From positions 1,536,064 to 1,600,063 of the forward strand of contig CBDCRP010000003.1 in NCBI GenBank assembly GCA_965221165.1: a stretch of 64,000 bases of DNA. The letters run 5' to 3'. The translations under genes were made by a program, and so were the position numbers. This document shows positions 45,401-54,608 of the stretch, one piece after another. Under the pieces are notes generated by a model. It did not search any database. It was not told the DNA's origin and was given only the letters and a program-made list of their open reading frames with translations. The DNA is from a bacterium (GTDB taxonomy: Bacteria; UBA8248). Positions within the stretch are counted from its first letter, which is position 1, and every line of letters starts with the position of its first letter.

Positions 45401-46204
45401 ATGCCAACCGTTAATTCCGAAGGTGTTGCAATAGATTATGAAGTCATCAATTCCCAGAATACCAATACGCCTGTATTCCTGATTAGCGGGTTGGGAGGCA
45501 TTCGCGCATCATGGACGAAGCAAATCGACGCTTTTTCTGCGACCAGGCCACTCATCCTTCATGACCATAGGGGAACAGGAAATAGCGCAAAACCGAGCGG
45601 GGTATATAGCGTTCCCAACATGGCGAAAGATATCACCGCTATCATGGATGACCTGGGAATAGAAAAAGCGCATCTCGTCGGCAGTTCAACCGGCGGAGCC
45701 ATCATCCAAGTAATGTGCATTGACTATCCCGGCCGTGTCAAAAGCGGCTCCATAGTAAGTTCCTGGCCCAAGAGCGACGCATATTTCATCCGTCAGTTTA
45801 GCGTGCGCAAAAAAGTTTTACTCGGGATGGGATGGGAAACTTACACGAGATTTTCCACATTCACCTTGCATAGCCCAAAGTTTTTCACCGACAACTTTGA
45901 GGAAATTCAAATGCAAGAAAACCAATCGATAGCCAACGCGCCTCCGGCTGAGATTATGGCCGAGAGAATCGAGTGCATTATTGCGCATGATCAGTTGGAC
46001 CGCTTGGGTCAAATCACAAGTCCGGTGCTAGTGGCCGTTGCAAGGGACGATGTCGTCACTCCCCTCTACTATTCTTATCAATTGAGCGATGCCATCCCTG
46101 GAGCTGAATTGAAAATTTTTGATGAAGGCGGCCATTTCGTATATCTTGAAAAACCGGTTGAATTCAATGAATCGATCCTTGAATTCATCCATCGCCATGA
46201 CTAA
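45401..46204 (+). CDS. Alpha/beta-fold hydrolase
   Basis: PVFLISGLGG, nucleophile elbow LVGSSTGGAI and C-terminal GGHFVYLEKP. Confidence 0.75.
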   Translation: MPTVNSEGVAIDYEVINSQNTNTPVFLISGLGGIRASWTKQIDAFSATRPLILHDHRGTGNSAKPSGVYSVPNMAKDITAIMDDLGIEKAHLVGSSTGGAIIQVMCIDYPGRVKSGSIVSSWPKSDAYFIRQFSVRKKVLLGMGWETYTRFSTFTLHSPKFFTDNFEEIQMQENQSIANAPPAEIMAERIECIIAHDQLDRLGQITSPVLVAVARDDVVTPLYYSYQLSDAIPGAELKIFDEGGHFVYLEKPVEFNESILEFIHRHD

Positions 46205-46252
46205 TCGATATTTTTATATCTCGCCTATCAACCACGAAGGCGAAACCACCTT

Positions 46253-48163
46253 ATGAAACATGTCGTCATTGGAACCGCTGGCCACATCGATCATGGCAAA
46301 ACCTTTCTCGTCAAAGCGTTAACCGGCACAGACACTGATCGCCTAAAAGAAGAAAAAGAACGCGGCATCACCATCGAACTCGGGTTTGCGGAGTTGATTC
46401 TCGGTCACATCCACGCAGGTATCGTGGATGTTCCGGGACATGAACGATTCGTAAAAAACATGTTGGCAGGAGTCGGAGGGATCGATTTGGTGATACTGAT
46501 CATCGCTGCCGATGAAGGCGTCATGCCGCAAACGAGGGAGCATTTGTCGATTTGCCGACTTCTCGGGGTAAAAACCGGCCTCATCGTGCTCACCAAAACA
46601 GATCTGGTCGAACCAGAATGGGTTGAACTTGTGACGGACGATATACAAGACTTCGTCAAAGATACCTTTTTGGAAGAAAAACCCATCGTGCCGGTTTCGG
46701 CTCACACTGGAGATGGTCTGGAAAATCTCAAAAAAGCTTTGGTCGAAATCGCAAATCAGACGCCTGCAAAAAGCGAAACGGGTATCTTTCGAATACCGAT
46801 TGACCGTGTATTCACGATGCGGGGCTTCGGTGTCGTGATAACGGGAACCTTGTTCAGTGGAAGTGTGGCTGTAGGTGAACAAATTGAAGTTTACCCTAAG
46901 ACTCTTCAGGCGCGCGTTCGTGGCTTACAAGTACATGGGAAGTCCGTGGAAAAATCGACTGCCGGCCTCAGAACCGCCGTGAATCTTCAGGGCCTCGAGC
47001 GAGCGGAGGTGTTCAGGGGAGATATCATCGGTCATAGTGGTGAACTGAAAACAACGTATATGCTCGACGTTTATCTTGAGCATCTAGGCGATGCGCCTCG
47101 TCCTTTGAAAACCCGGAATCGTATTCGCTTCCATGCAGGCACCGCTGAAATCATGGGCAGGATATCTCTCATCGGACGAGATGTGCTCGAACCGGGAGAT
47201 AATTTATTTGCCCAAATACGGCTGGAGGAACCTATCGTCGTACTGCCCAGAGATCGATTTGTCATCAGAAGTTATTCGCCAATCATCACGATAGGTGGCG
47301 GGGAAATCTTAGATATTATGCCTCGCAAGCATAGACGATTGCGGAGTTCGTCTATAGATCACTTGAAATCACTTTATCAAGGTGATGAGACGGAAAGATT
47401 GCTCATATTACTCCAGGACTCACGGTTGAATGGGGTTGAGCTCACTGACCTCACAGGCCGTCTCACACTAAAGCCAAGTGACATCGAAAAAACCATTCAA
47501 GAATTAGCTGCTCAAGGAGAAGTGGAAATTATCGACCAAGTCAATTTTTTCTCGATGACTACAGCGCACTTCAACACAGCCCAAAAAAATATTCTCACTT
47601 TTTTGAAGAAATATCATACTGAGAACCCTCTTCGCACAGGAGCACCTAAGGAAGAAGTTCGCGGTAAGGCAGGCGACATCAATGAAAAAATCTTTACCGC
47701 CGCACTTAAACACTTAAGCGAATCAAACGAAATTGTTGAAAATGGGGCCATCCTAAGGCTCGCTTCCCATTCAGTAGAAATTGATGAAACACTCGGAGAA
47801 GTGAAAACAAAACTAGAGAAGATTTTCGAGATTGCCCACTTTCAACCGCCATCCGTCGAAGACGCATTCTCACACAGCGGCGGCAAAGACAACTCAAATC
47901 GAAATGCCTTGCAAATCCTCATCGACGAAGGCGCCTTACTGCGACTGAAAGATAACATTATCTATCATAAAAATGCTTTAAACGAAGCAGAAAACCTCCT
48001 TAAAGAGCATCTATCATTCAACAACGAAATTTCGGCGGCGGAATTTCGGGACCTGTTGGGCATCACAAGAAAACACGCCATACCTTTGCTTGAATATTTC
48101 GATACCGCACGCGTTACGCTACGGGTGGGAGACAAAAGAGTGCTTCGGCCAGACGCGAGATAA
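46253..48163 (+). CDS. selB: Selenocysteine-specific translation elongation factor
   Basis: [50 protein letters not shown] and LTKTD. The long winged-helix C-terminus ends ...[23 protein letters not shown]. Confidence 0.9.
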   Translation: MKHVVIGTAGHIDHGKTFLVKALTGTDTDRLKEEKERGITIELGFAELILGHIHAGIVDVPGHERFVKNMLAGVGGIDLVILIIAADEGVMPQTREHLSICRLLGVKTGLIVLTKTDLVEPEWVELVTDDIQDFVKDTFLEEKPIVPVSAHTGDGLENLKKALVEIANQTPAKSETGIFRIPIDRVFTMRGFGVVITGTLFSGSVAVGEQIEVYPKTLQARVRGLQVHGKSVEKSTAGLRTAVNLQGLERAEVFRGDIIGHSGELKTTYMLDVYLEHLGDAPRPLKTRNRIRFHAGTAEIMGRISLIGRDVLEPGDNLFAQIRLEEPIVVLPRDRFVIRSYSPIITIGGGEILDIMPRKHRRLRSSSIDHLKSLYQGDETERLLILLQDSRLNGVELTDLTGRLTLKPSDIEKTIQELAAQGEVEIIDQVNFFSMTTAHFNTAQKNILTFLKKYHTENPLRTGAPKEEVRGKAGDINEKIFTAALKHLSESNEIVENGAILRLASHSVEIDETLGEVKTKLEKIFEIAHFQPPSVEDAFSHSGGKDNSNRNALQILIDEGALLRLKDNIIYHKNALNEAENLLKEHLSFNNEISAAEFRDLLGITRKHAIPLLEYFDTARVTLRVGDKRVLRPDAR

Positions 48164-48190
48164 AATCCCTGTATGTATAAGGAATAAAAA

Positions 48191-49378
48191 ATGCCTCTCG
48201 ACAATAATAAAATCCAACGGCTGCGTTCAGATGTCCCGGCACTGGCAAATCAGATTTATGTAAATTGGGGGGGAGGGGGACCATCCTCAAAATCGATTCT
48301 TCGTGAAATGGATAAGTTCACAAAACGTGATTTAGAACTCGGCTCATTCCACCCAAAAATCAGGAATGAAACCACCGCAGCTCAGAAACGGACTAGAGAG
48401 AGCTGCGCAAAACTCATCGGCGTAGAAACTTCAGAAATCGCCCTAACGAATAATACAACGGTCGGGATCAACATTGCGGCGGCCGGATTGGCATGGAATG
48501 CAGGAGATGAAGTGCTCGTCTCGGATTTGGAACATCCAAGCGGCTACCTGCCCTGGTTGGTATGGCGCAAGAGAAATTCCATCAAGGTGAAACTATTCAA
48601 AACCGGTAAAAATGATCAGGAACTTCTCCGAAATTTAGAAAACGCCATCACCCTGAAAACAAAAGTGGTTTGTGTGAGCCACATCTCATGGCTAAATGGC
48701 AGGAGACTCCCTTTGGAGGCAATCGGTCGCATCTGCGTCTCAGCAGGCGCGCTTCTCATCGTAGACGGCGCCCAATCCGTCGGGCATATACCAGTCAAAG
48801 TCAAAGACACCGGCGTAGACGTCTACACCATATCAGGCCAAAAGTGGCTGATGGGTCCGGATGGTACGGGGGCCGTATATATAAGGCATGAAGCAGGCAG
48901 AAAGATTCATCTTTCATCTGCAAGTTTTCGGACAGCTCAAAAAAAGAGATTAAAAACCCTGTCTTTTACGCCGGAGCCGAGCGCCATGCGCCACGAAGTC
49001 GGCACTCTCAATACACCCGGTTTCTTGGGATTCCGTGCTGCGGTTGAGCATTTCAGAAGAACAGGGCCCATATCCATCGAAAAAAGGATTCTGGCGCTGG
49101 CGAATCGCCTGCTGTCCCAAATACGTGCAATCAAGAATGTTGATGTCATTACACCCGAAGGAGAGGCTCAGTCTGGTCTGATTTCTTTTCGAATTGAGAA
49201 CGTGGAATCTCAAAATGTGGTAGACAGGCTCTACAAGAGACACCTAATCATCCTTAGGGCAGTGGTAACAGAGCCTCCCGCCGTGAGAGTTTCCATTCAT
49301 TATTTGAACACGGAAGAAGAAATGGACTCGATTGCAAATGCGATAGCCACTATAGCGGCCGGCAGAAGAAAACGATAA
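48191..49378 (+). CDS. Class V aminotransferase (cysteine desulfurase / selenocysteine-lyase-like)
   Basis: IVDGAQSVGHIPV and ISGQKWLMGPDGTGAVYIR (PLP Lys region). Confidence 0.75.
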   Translation: MPLDNNKIQRLRSDVPALANQIYVNWGGGGPSSKSILREMDKFTKRDLELGSFHPKIRNETTAAQKRTRESCAKLIGVETSEIALTNNTTVGINIAAAGLAWNAGDEVLVSDLEHPSGYLPWLVWRKRNSIKVKLFKTGKNDQELLRNLENAITLKTKVVCVSHISWLNGRRLPLEAIGRICVSAGALLIVDGAQSVGHIPVKVKDTGVDVYTISGQKWLMGPDGTGAVYIRHEAGRKIHLSSASFRTAQKKRLKTLSFTPEPSAMRHEVGTLNTPGFLGFRAAVEHFRRTGPISIEKRILALANRLLSQIRAIKNVDVITPEGEAQSGLISFRIENVESQNVVDRLYKRHLIILRAVVTEPPAVRVSIHYLNTEEEMDSIANAIATIAAGRRKR

Positions 49379-49400
49379 AAGAAAAACCCAAAACCACACA

Positions 49401-49437
49401 AAAAAAGGCGACGGTTATTTCACCACCGCCTTTTTTT
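49401..49437. terminator. Candidate bidirectional intrinsic terminator between convergent genes
   Basis: aaaaaaaGGCGACGGTtatttcACCACCGCCttttttt: an A-run, an imperfect stem and a T-run. Confidence 0.55.
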
Positions 49438-49453
49438 GTTGTTTGGCTCAGGG

Positions 49454-50194
49454 TTATTTTTTCAGCGTTTCGTTCACCGCCGTAGCAGCGCCACCCTTCA
49501 CCGACACCTTCATGGATTTCTTACCCAAAACCTCATGCCAAATTTCGAGGGTATAGGAGCCTGCAGGAACATCTTTTATCTCGAATTTGCCCCCGGCACC
49601 CGTGACGCCGACATAGGGATTATCCGCCACAACGATATACCCTCTCATCCAGTCATGTACGTCACACTTCACTGCAATAATACCGGGCTTCTTGAAATAG
49701 CGGGTCGACATTCTCAGTTTTTTCTTGAACTTCGGCTGCGCGATATTGGCTATCGAGTTCCCGGTTTTACCAGGGTAGGTGTGGACATTGTGGAGGATTT
49801 TGTCACTGTTTTTCATCAACATTTTCGTCTTTTGCTTCATCACGGCGACTCGAGGCAGGTACACACATCCTTTTTGGTCAACGACCGCTTTTTTCTGGCT
49901 CTTCGACCACTTCTTGCCGGATTTCACGCCTTTCAAAGACACGACGGCCCATACCACGCCGCCGTCTTTGACAACCAGACTATCATCGGTAATCGGTTTT
50001 TTTCCGCAAACTTTTTTATCTTTGTTCACTGATAATGTTTTGCGTTTTGGGGCGGCGCCTTCGAACTTGATTGCTCCGCTAATCGATCCCCCACCGCTTA
50101 CTTTTCCTTCCTTATAAGCATACGCGGAGCCGGCAAAGGCGACACTCAGGCACATCGCAAACATCAAGCACAATTGAAAGCGTTTGGGAATCAT
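49454..50194 (-). CDS. Exported cupredoxin-like (type-1 Cu) protein with a C-terminal carboxypeptidase-regulatory-like beta domain
   Basis: The signal peptide is MIPKRFQLCLMFAMCLSVAFAGSAYA, from ATG 50194 after GGAG. ILHNVH ... KCDVHDWM gives a His / Cys-x2-His-x2-Met spacing as in amicyanin. GKFEIKDVPAGSYTLEIWHEVLG follows. Confidence 0.5.
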   Translation of the reverse strand: MIPKRFQLCLMFAMCLSVAFAGSAYAYKEGKVSGGGSISGAIKFEGAAPKRKTLSVNKDKKVCGKKPITDDSLVVKDGGVVWAVVSLKGVKSGKKWSKSQKKAVVDQKGCVYLPRVAVMKQKTKMLMKNSDKILHNVHTYPGKTGNSIANIAQPKFKKKLRMSTRYFKKPGIIAVKCDVHDWMRGYIVVADNPYVGVTGAGGKFEIKDVPAGSYTLEIWHEVLGKKSMKVSVKGGAATAVNETLKK

Positions 50195-50526
50195 ACCTAC
50201 TCCTCTCAAAGAATTTTTCAGATTGGCAGCTACTGTTTTCAAAAATGTGCAACGCAGTCATTCGCACACGAAATATCGGTGATTTCAGGCACAGGACCTA
50301 TAAAATTAACTTCTAATCAAATCGGAATCGCCAGGAACTCACACCTTCTCCATTCAAGTAATGCACCTTTCACTTTAAGTCAACCCTCTTCGTAGTTGGC
50401 CTTGAAATTCACCTTGATTCATTGCCTCATTGGGCCGAATGCTGTTATGAAAGAGCGCATGAATTCCGCCGCGAAAATAGGCCGATCAGTGCAGATTTCA
50501 AGAATATTTTCAGTGAGATAAGGGCT

Positions 50527-51408
50527 ATGAGAAATTTCCACTACTTGGCAATCAGTCTCTTCCTCTTGTTTTTATTCTGCATGGCTTTCTTCCCTCGTAA
50601 CAGCCCTGCGCACCACACCAGTTCCATAGCCTATGTCCTTCAAGAAGTCGGCAAGAAGAAAATAGGAAATATCGAGATAGAGCTGAACGCCATGCCTCCG
50701 AGGTTGATAAAACACAGAAACGCTCCCAAATCTCTTGAACACACACACAAGCTTTTATCTCGATTCACACATCGTTTTGAAATGAGAATTCTCAATGATA
50801 AAAGTGGTGGTTCCACATCGAAAAAACTGGATCTGAAACTGAAATTCGCCCAAAACGAATGGGAAAAGACCTTCACGCTCAAAAGATTCCAGAAAGGCAA
50901 ACAAATAATTTATGGCGCAAACGTCAAGCTAGGCGAAAAAGGTCCATATGCCGTCACGGCTGTCATATTCGGTCTGGCGCCTCATCCCATACGAGCGCAA
51001 TTTTCTTTCGATTTCGACCCCGAATCGGTCAAGGACGTGATGAAAGACCTGGAAAAAACCATGGCGAATCTGGGTCGTGAAACGCTCACCCTGGGGCTGG
51101 ACGGCGAGTTCGTCCCAAGGGAAAAAGAGCGCCACATCCAGCGATTGGCCGAAAAATTCAGATATTTCGTTCCCTGGATATCGAATCTCAGGGAGGGAGA
51201 AGCGCAAGAGTTATATGATGACCTGACCCGGAAACTACTCGACCTTGCCGAAATAATGACGAAAAACGCCCAAAAACCGGACTTCGACCGACTCGCCGAG
51301 AACCTCGCCGCCGCAAGAGCGCTTTGCTCAAAATGCCACCAAATCTTCCAGGAAGCGGACTCCACCGGTAAACCCATCCAGTTGCCCACCTCATCATCTA
51401 CCCGGTAG
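50527..51408 (+). CDS. Exported protein with one C-terminal CXXCH heme-c motif (class II cytochrome-c-like helical C-domain)
   Basis: The start is at MRNFHYLAISLFLLFLFCMAFF (signal/anchor). ...AARALCSKCHQIFQ lies near the C-terminus. Confidence 0.5.
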   Translation: MRNFHYLAISLFLLFLFCMAFFPRNSPAHHTSSIAYVLQEVGKKKIGNIEIELNAMPPRLIKHRNAPKSLEHTHKLLSRFTHRFEMRILNDKSGGSTSKKLDLKLKFAQNEWEKTFTLKRFQKGKQIIYGANVKLGEKGPYAVTAVIFGLAPHPIRAQFSFDFDPESVKDVMKDLEKTMANLGRETLTLGLDGEFVPREKERHIQRLAEKFRYFVPWISNLREGEAQELYDDLTRKLLDLAEIMTKNAQKPDFDRLAENLAAARALCSKCHQIFQEADSTGKPIQLPTSSSTR

Positions 51409-51513
51409 CCGGAAGGGCTCTAAAGCCGTGATGTTTGCAACATGACGGACTCTGGGGTATCTCTTTTCAAAGGCGGCTAATCGCCGTTACGCTCGATTTT
51501 CCGGGAGTAGAAA

Positions 51514-52362
51514 GTGAATCCGAGTCTCAAAGACGCGAAAATGCCCGAAACGCTCGATGGATGGGCGATTCTGCACCACATATTCAAGGTGAATTGGCCC
51601 ACCTGGAACCACTTGGAGAGCGCTCGGAAACACAGCATCCTGGATGAAGCGACTGAATACTTCGCATCCATCGCCCGGCCCGAATCAGGAGAAAGCGCCC
51701 TTTTCAGCCTATTGGGCCACAAAGGAGATTTACTGTTTCTTCATTTCAGACCCACGCTCGATGCGCTCAATGAAGTCGAACTCGGTCTACGGCGGCTGGC
51801 GCTGGCCGAATATATGGATGAAACGACATCCTACCTCTCGTTCCTGGAACTCGGCCTCTACGAAATGACCGTGAAACTCCACGCCCAGTTCGTGGATGAG
51901 GGTCATGAGCCGGGAAGCGAGGACTGGAAGTCGAAGTGGTCCGAAGAAATGGACAACCAGCGCGAGCGTATGAAAGAGCGCCTCTACATGGATATCCCCA
52001 AAACGAGATATTTGTGTTTTTACCCGATGAACAAGCGCAGGGGCGAGGAGAAGAACTGGTACGGCCTGCCCATAGAAGAGCGCCAGCAAATGATGCGCGA
52101 ACACGGTTTCGTCGGCAGGCGATACGCCGGCCGTGTGCAGCAAATCATCACGGGCAGCATCGGCTTCGACGACTGGGAGTGGGGAGTATATCTGTTCTCG
52201 CAAGACCCGCTCGTCTTCAAGCGCCTCGTATATGAAATGCGCTTCGATGAGACCAGCGTCTGGTATGGGGAGTTCGGGCCCTTCTACGCCGGTTTGCGCG
52301 TCATGCCGCACCATCTAAAAAACATATTTCACGGCAAAGTCCCCCCACTCGAAGCGCCGTAG
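51514..52362 (+). CDS. Chlorite-dismutase-family protein (HemQ/coproheme-decarboxylase-like)
   Basis: GWAILHHIFKVNW and YLCFYPMNKRRGEEKNWYGLPIEERQQMMREHGFVGRRYAGRVQQIITGSIGFDDWEWGV. The GTG start follows GGGAG. Confidence 0.75.
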   Translation: MNPSLKDAKMPETLDGWAILHHIFKVNWPTWNHLESARKHSILDEATEYFASIARPESGESALFSLLGHKGDLLFLHFRPTLDALNEVELGLRRLALAEYMDETTSYLSFLELGLYEMTVKLHAQFVDEGHEPGSEDWKSKWSEEMDNQRERMKERLYMDIPKTRYLCFYPMNKRRGEEKNWYGLPIEERQQMMREHGFVGRRYAGRVQQIITGSIGFDDWEWGVYLFSQDPLVFKRLVYEMRFDETSVWYGEFGPFYAGLRVMPHHLKNIFHGKVPPLEAP

Positions 52363-52380
52363 AACAGCAATCGACCTCTC

Positions 52381-53241
52381 ATGGCGAACATTCTCATCCT
52401 GGGATGCGGTTATGTCGGCGTGGCGCTCGGCGCAGCGCTCGGCGAGGATGGACATCTCGTCTGGGGCATGCGCAGAAATCCGGAAAATCTGCCCGAAGCT
52501 ATCAAACCGCTCGCAGCCGACGTCCACGATAAAGACCTGAGCGATTTCCTCCCTGAGGGGCTCGATTTCATCTTCTACACCCTCTCCTCGGGCGGCGGTG
52601 GCGAGGCCGGCTACCAGGCGGCATACGCGGATGGCCCCCAAAACCTCATCAAAGCGCTCGATATGAAAGGAGAAAAGCCTAAACGAATTTTCTTCACTTC
52701 GAGCACGGCCGTCTACCCGCAAACCGACGGCGGCTGGGTGGACGAGGAATCGCCCACACAACCCACATATTACTCGGGCCGCATTCTGCTGGAGGGTGAA
52801 CGTGCCTTCTTGAGCAGCGACCATCCTGCCACTATCCTGCGGCTTGCCGGTATTTACGGCCCGAATCGCACGCGCTTGATAGACTCCGTCCGGGCGGGCC
52901 GGGCCGAGCACCACACAGGCCCCCCGCGCTTCACGAACCGAATCCACCGGGATGACTGCGCGGGAACCCTCATCCATCTCATGAAGATGGCCACACCGGA
53001 TGAGATATACATCGGCGTCGATGATGAGCCTGCGGACCGCCGTGCCGTGCTGAATTGGCTGGCGGAGCAGCTAGGCGTTCCGCATCCTCGTGAGACCAAA
53101 ACCTCTGAAGCCGAGTCCGCGCGCGCAATGACAAACAAGAGATGCTCGAACGCCAGACTCAAAGCAACCGGATATCGGTTTGTCTACCCATCGTATCGAG
53201 AGGGCTACGCCGAAATGATTGCAGACGGAAAAACCGCGTAA
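52381..53241 (+). CDS. NAD(P)-dependent epimerase/dehydratase-type SDR
   Basis: The Rossmann motif is ILILGCGYVGVALG. There is also LRLAGIYGP. Confidence 0.7.
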   Translation: MANILILGCGYVGVALGAALGEDGHLVWGMRRNPENLPEAIKPLAADVHDKDLSDFLPEGLDFIFYTLSSGGGGEAGYQAAYADGPQNLIKALDMKGEKPKRIFFTSSTAVYPQTDGGWVDEESPTQPTYYSGRILLEGERAFLSSDHPATILRLAGIYGPNRTRLIDSVRAGRAEHHTGPPRFTNRIHRDDCAGTLIHLMKMATPDEIYIGVDDEPADRRAVLNWLAEQLGVPHPRETKTSEAESARAMTNKRCSNARLKATGYRFVYPSYREGYAEMIADGKTA

Positions 53242-53253
53242 ATAACCAGAAAA

Positions 53254-53949
53254 TCAACCATCCAGAAGCATCCGCAACTCTTTTCTCAACTTTTTCACGG
53301 AATCGGCGTCGTCGCTGTGGTAATAGCCCCGGATGTTGAAGTTCCTGTCGATGAGCACGAAACGCGAACTATGCGAAATCAGGACTTCCTGCGTGCGCCC
53401 CTCCCCCTGATGTCCAGGATGATGGGCGTGCGCGCCGGGGAGCAGAAACCGAAAAACCCGCTCATAAATGGAACCCACAGGACGCATGGCTTGTTTGGTC
53501 GCATAGCTCAGGCGAAAGCCCTTGAGCGCTAGGTTTTTAATTTCATTCGCCTCGCCTGTGAGGAAAAACCAACGCTCTGTGTCCGCCCCGAATTTGCGCG
53601 CATAGGCCGCCAGGAGGGACGCCTTATCATTCTCGGGGTCCGTGGTGATGGAGAGTTGGCGGAAATCCTCGTGCGCGGAAAACGCCTGCTGAAGCCGCCG
53701 CATCTCGGTCGTCTGGAGGGGGCAGGTATCCTCACACCGCGTGTAGATGAAGTCCGCCACCCAGACTTTCCCGCGCAGGCGCTCTCTCGTGAAGCTGCGG
53801 CCCGATGCATCAACCAATTCAAAATAGGGTAGTTGCGAATAGATGGGCAGGCTTTGAAAAAAATGCCGCTCGACCCAGCGCCAGCCGGGCGCACCGGCCA
53901 GCAAGGCCAGAACGCCCAGGGTTGCCACCAGAATCACGCGCCGCGCCAT
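53254..53949 (-). CDS. SCO1/SenC-family copper chaperone (thioredoxin fold)
   Basis: VADFIYTRCEDTCPL (CxxxCP) and a downstream conserved His in LISHSSRFVLID. The start is set at MARRVILVATLGVLALL (ATG 53949). Confidence 0.8.
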   Translation of the reverse strand: MARRVILVATLGVLALLAGAPGWRWVERHFFQSLPIYSQLPYFELVDASGRSFTRERLRGKVWVADFIYTRCEDTCPLQTTEMRRLQQAFSAHEDFRQLSITTDPENDKASLLAAYARKFGADTERWFFLTGEANEIKNLALKGFRLSYATKQAMRPVGSIYERVFRFLLPGAHAHHPGHQGEGRTQEVLISHSSRFVLIDRNFNIRGYYHSDDADSVKKLRKELRMLLDG

Positions 53950-54180
53950 TCCCTCTTCCTCACGAAAACCAGAGAAATCCAACCGCGCGCATTCTGGCAA
54001 AACACGCGCGCCCATGCAAAGCCCGCCGGGGCGGATTTCCGCCTTTTACACCGCCAAAAGCCTTCATTTATTTTTCGAAAAAAGTCGTGAATTTATCGGA
54101 TTTCATCGCCATCCCCCGCGCCCTGAAACCCCGCATGGGGGGATCGCCTCCAATTCGCCCCGAATCGACATAACACTTTT

Positions 54181-54344
54181 AATATCAACAGGATAAATTT
54201 TCACTTATTTTCAGATATTTTCCCTATTTTTCACCTTATTTCACTTATTTTCAGAAATCCCCGAAGCTCCCGAAAAGCCCGAGCCGCTCCGCCGCCATAC
54301 CCGAATCCCCCGTGCGCGAGAGCGGAAAATGCGGGGAAATGCGG
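54181..54344 (-). repeat. Inverted-repeat arm B (partner of 41279..41440)
   Basis: The reverse complement reads ccgcatttccccgcatttt ... ctgaaaataagtgaaataaggtgaaaaatagggaaaatatctgaaaataagtgaaaatttatcctgttgatatt. Confidence 0.75.
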
Positions 54345-54608
54345 TCGCATTGTCGGTATGAACTTCCCGGCCCGACACAAATACTGAAAATGGTTGCAAG
54401 TCGCAGACAGGCATCGAGCGGTTGTATTACAGAACCATAAAATCGACAGTCCTTTATGCAGGTCGATTCGAGTGGCGGGTCCGCTAAAATCGGAGGCGGA
54501 ATACGGGGTCTCCCGTGCCGGGGATTGCGATTTCCTCTCGATTCACCACACTCAGGGAGCACCCGGCGCGCCGAATCCACGAATCCTCGAAAACCAGGAG
54601 CAGGAACG

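Noticed and set aside
42600-54200. tRNA(Sec) (selC) or any other tRNA in the intergenic gaps of the sel block
   Set aside because: I read each gap on both strands for an acceptor stem/TPsiC pattern and a CUUCAAA-type anticodon loop. The only TTCAAA string (~43610, minus strand) lacks flanking stem complementarity. A proper tRNA scan is still needed.
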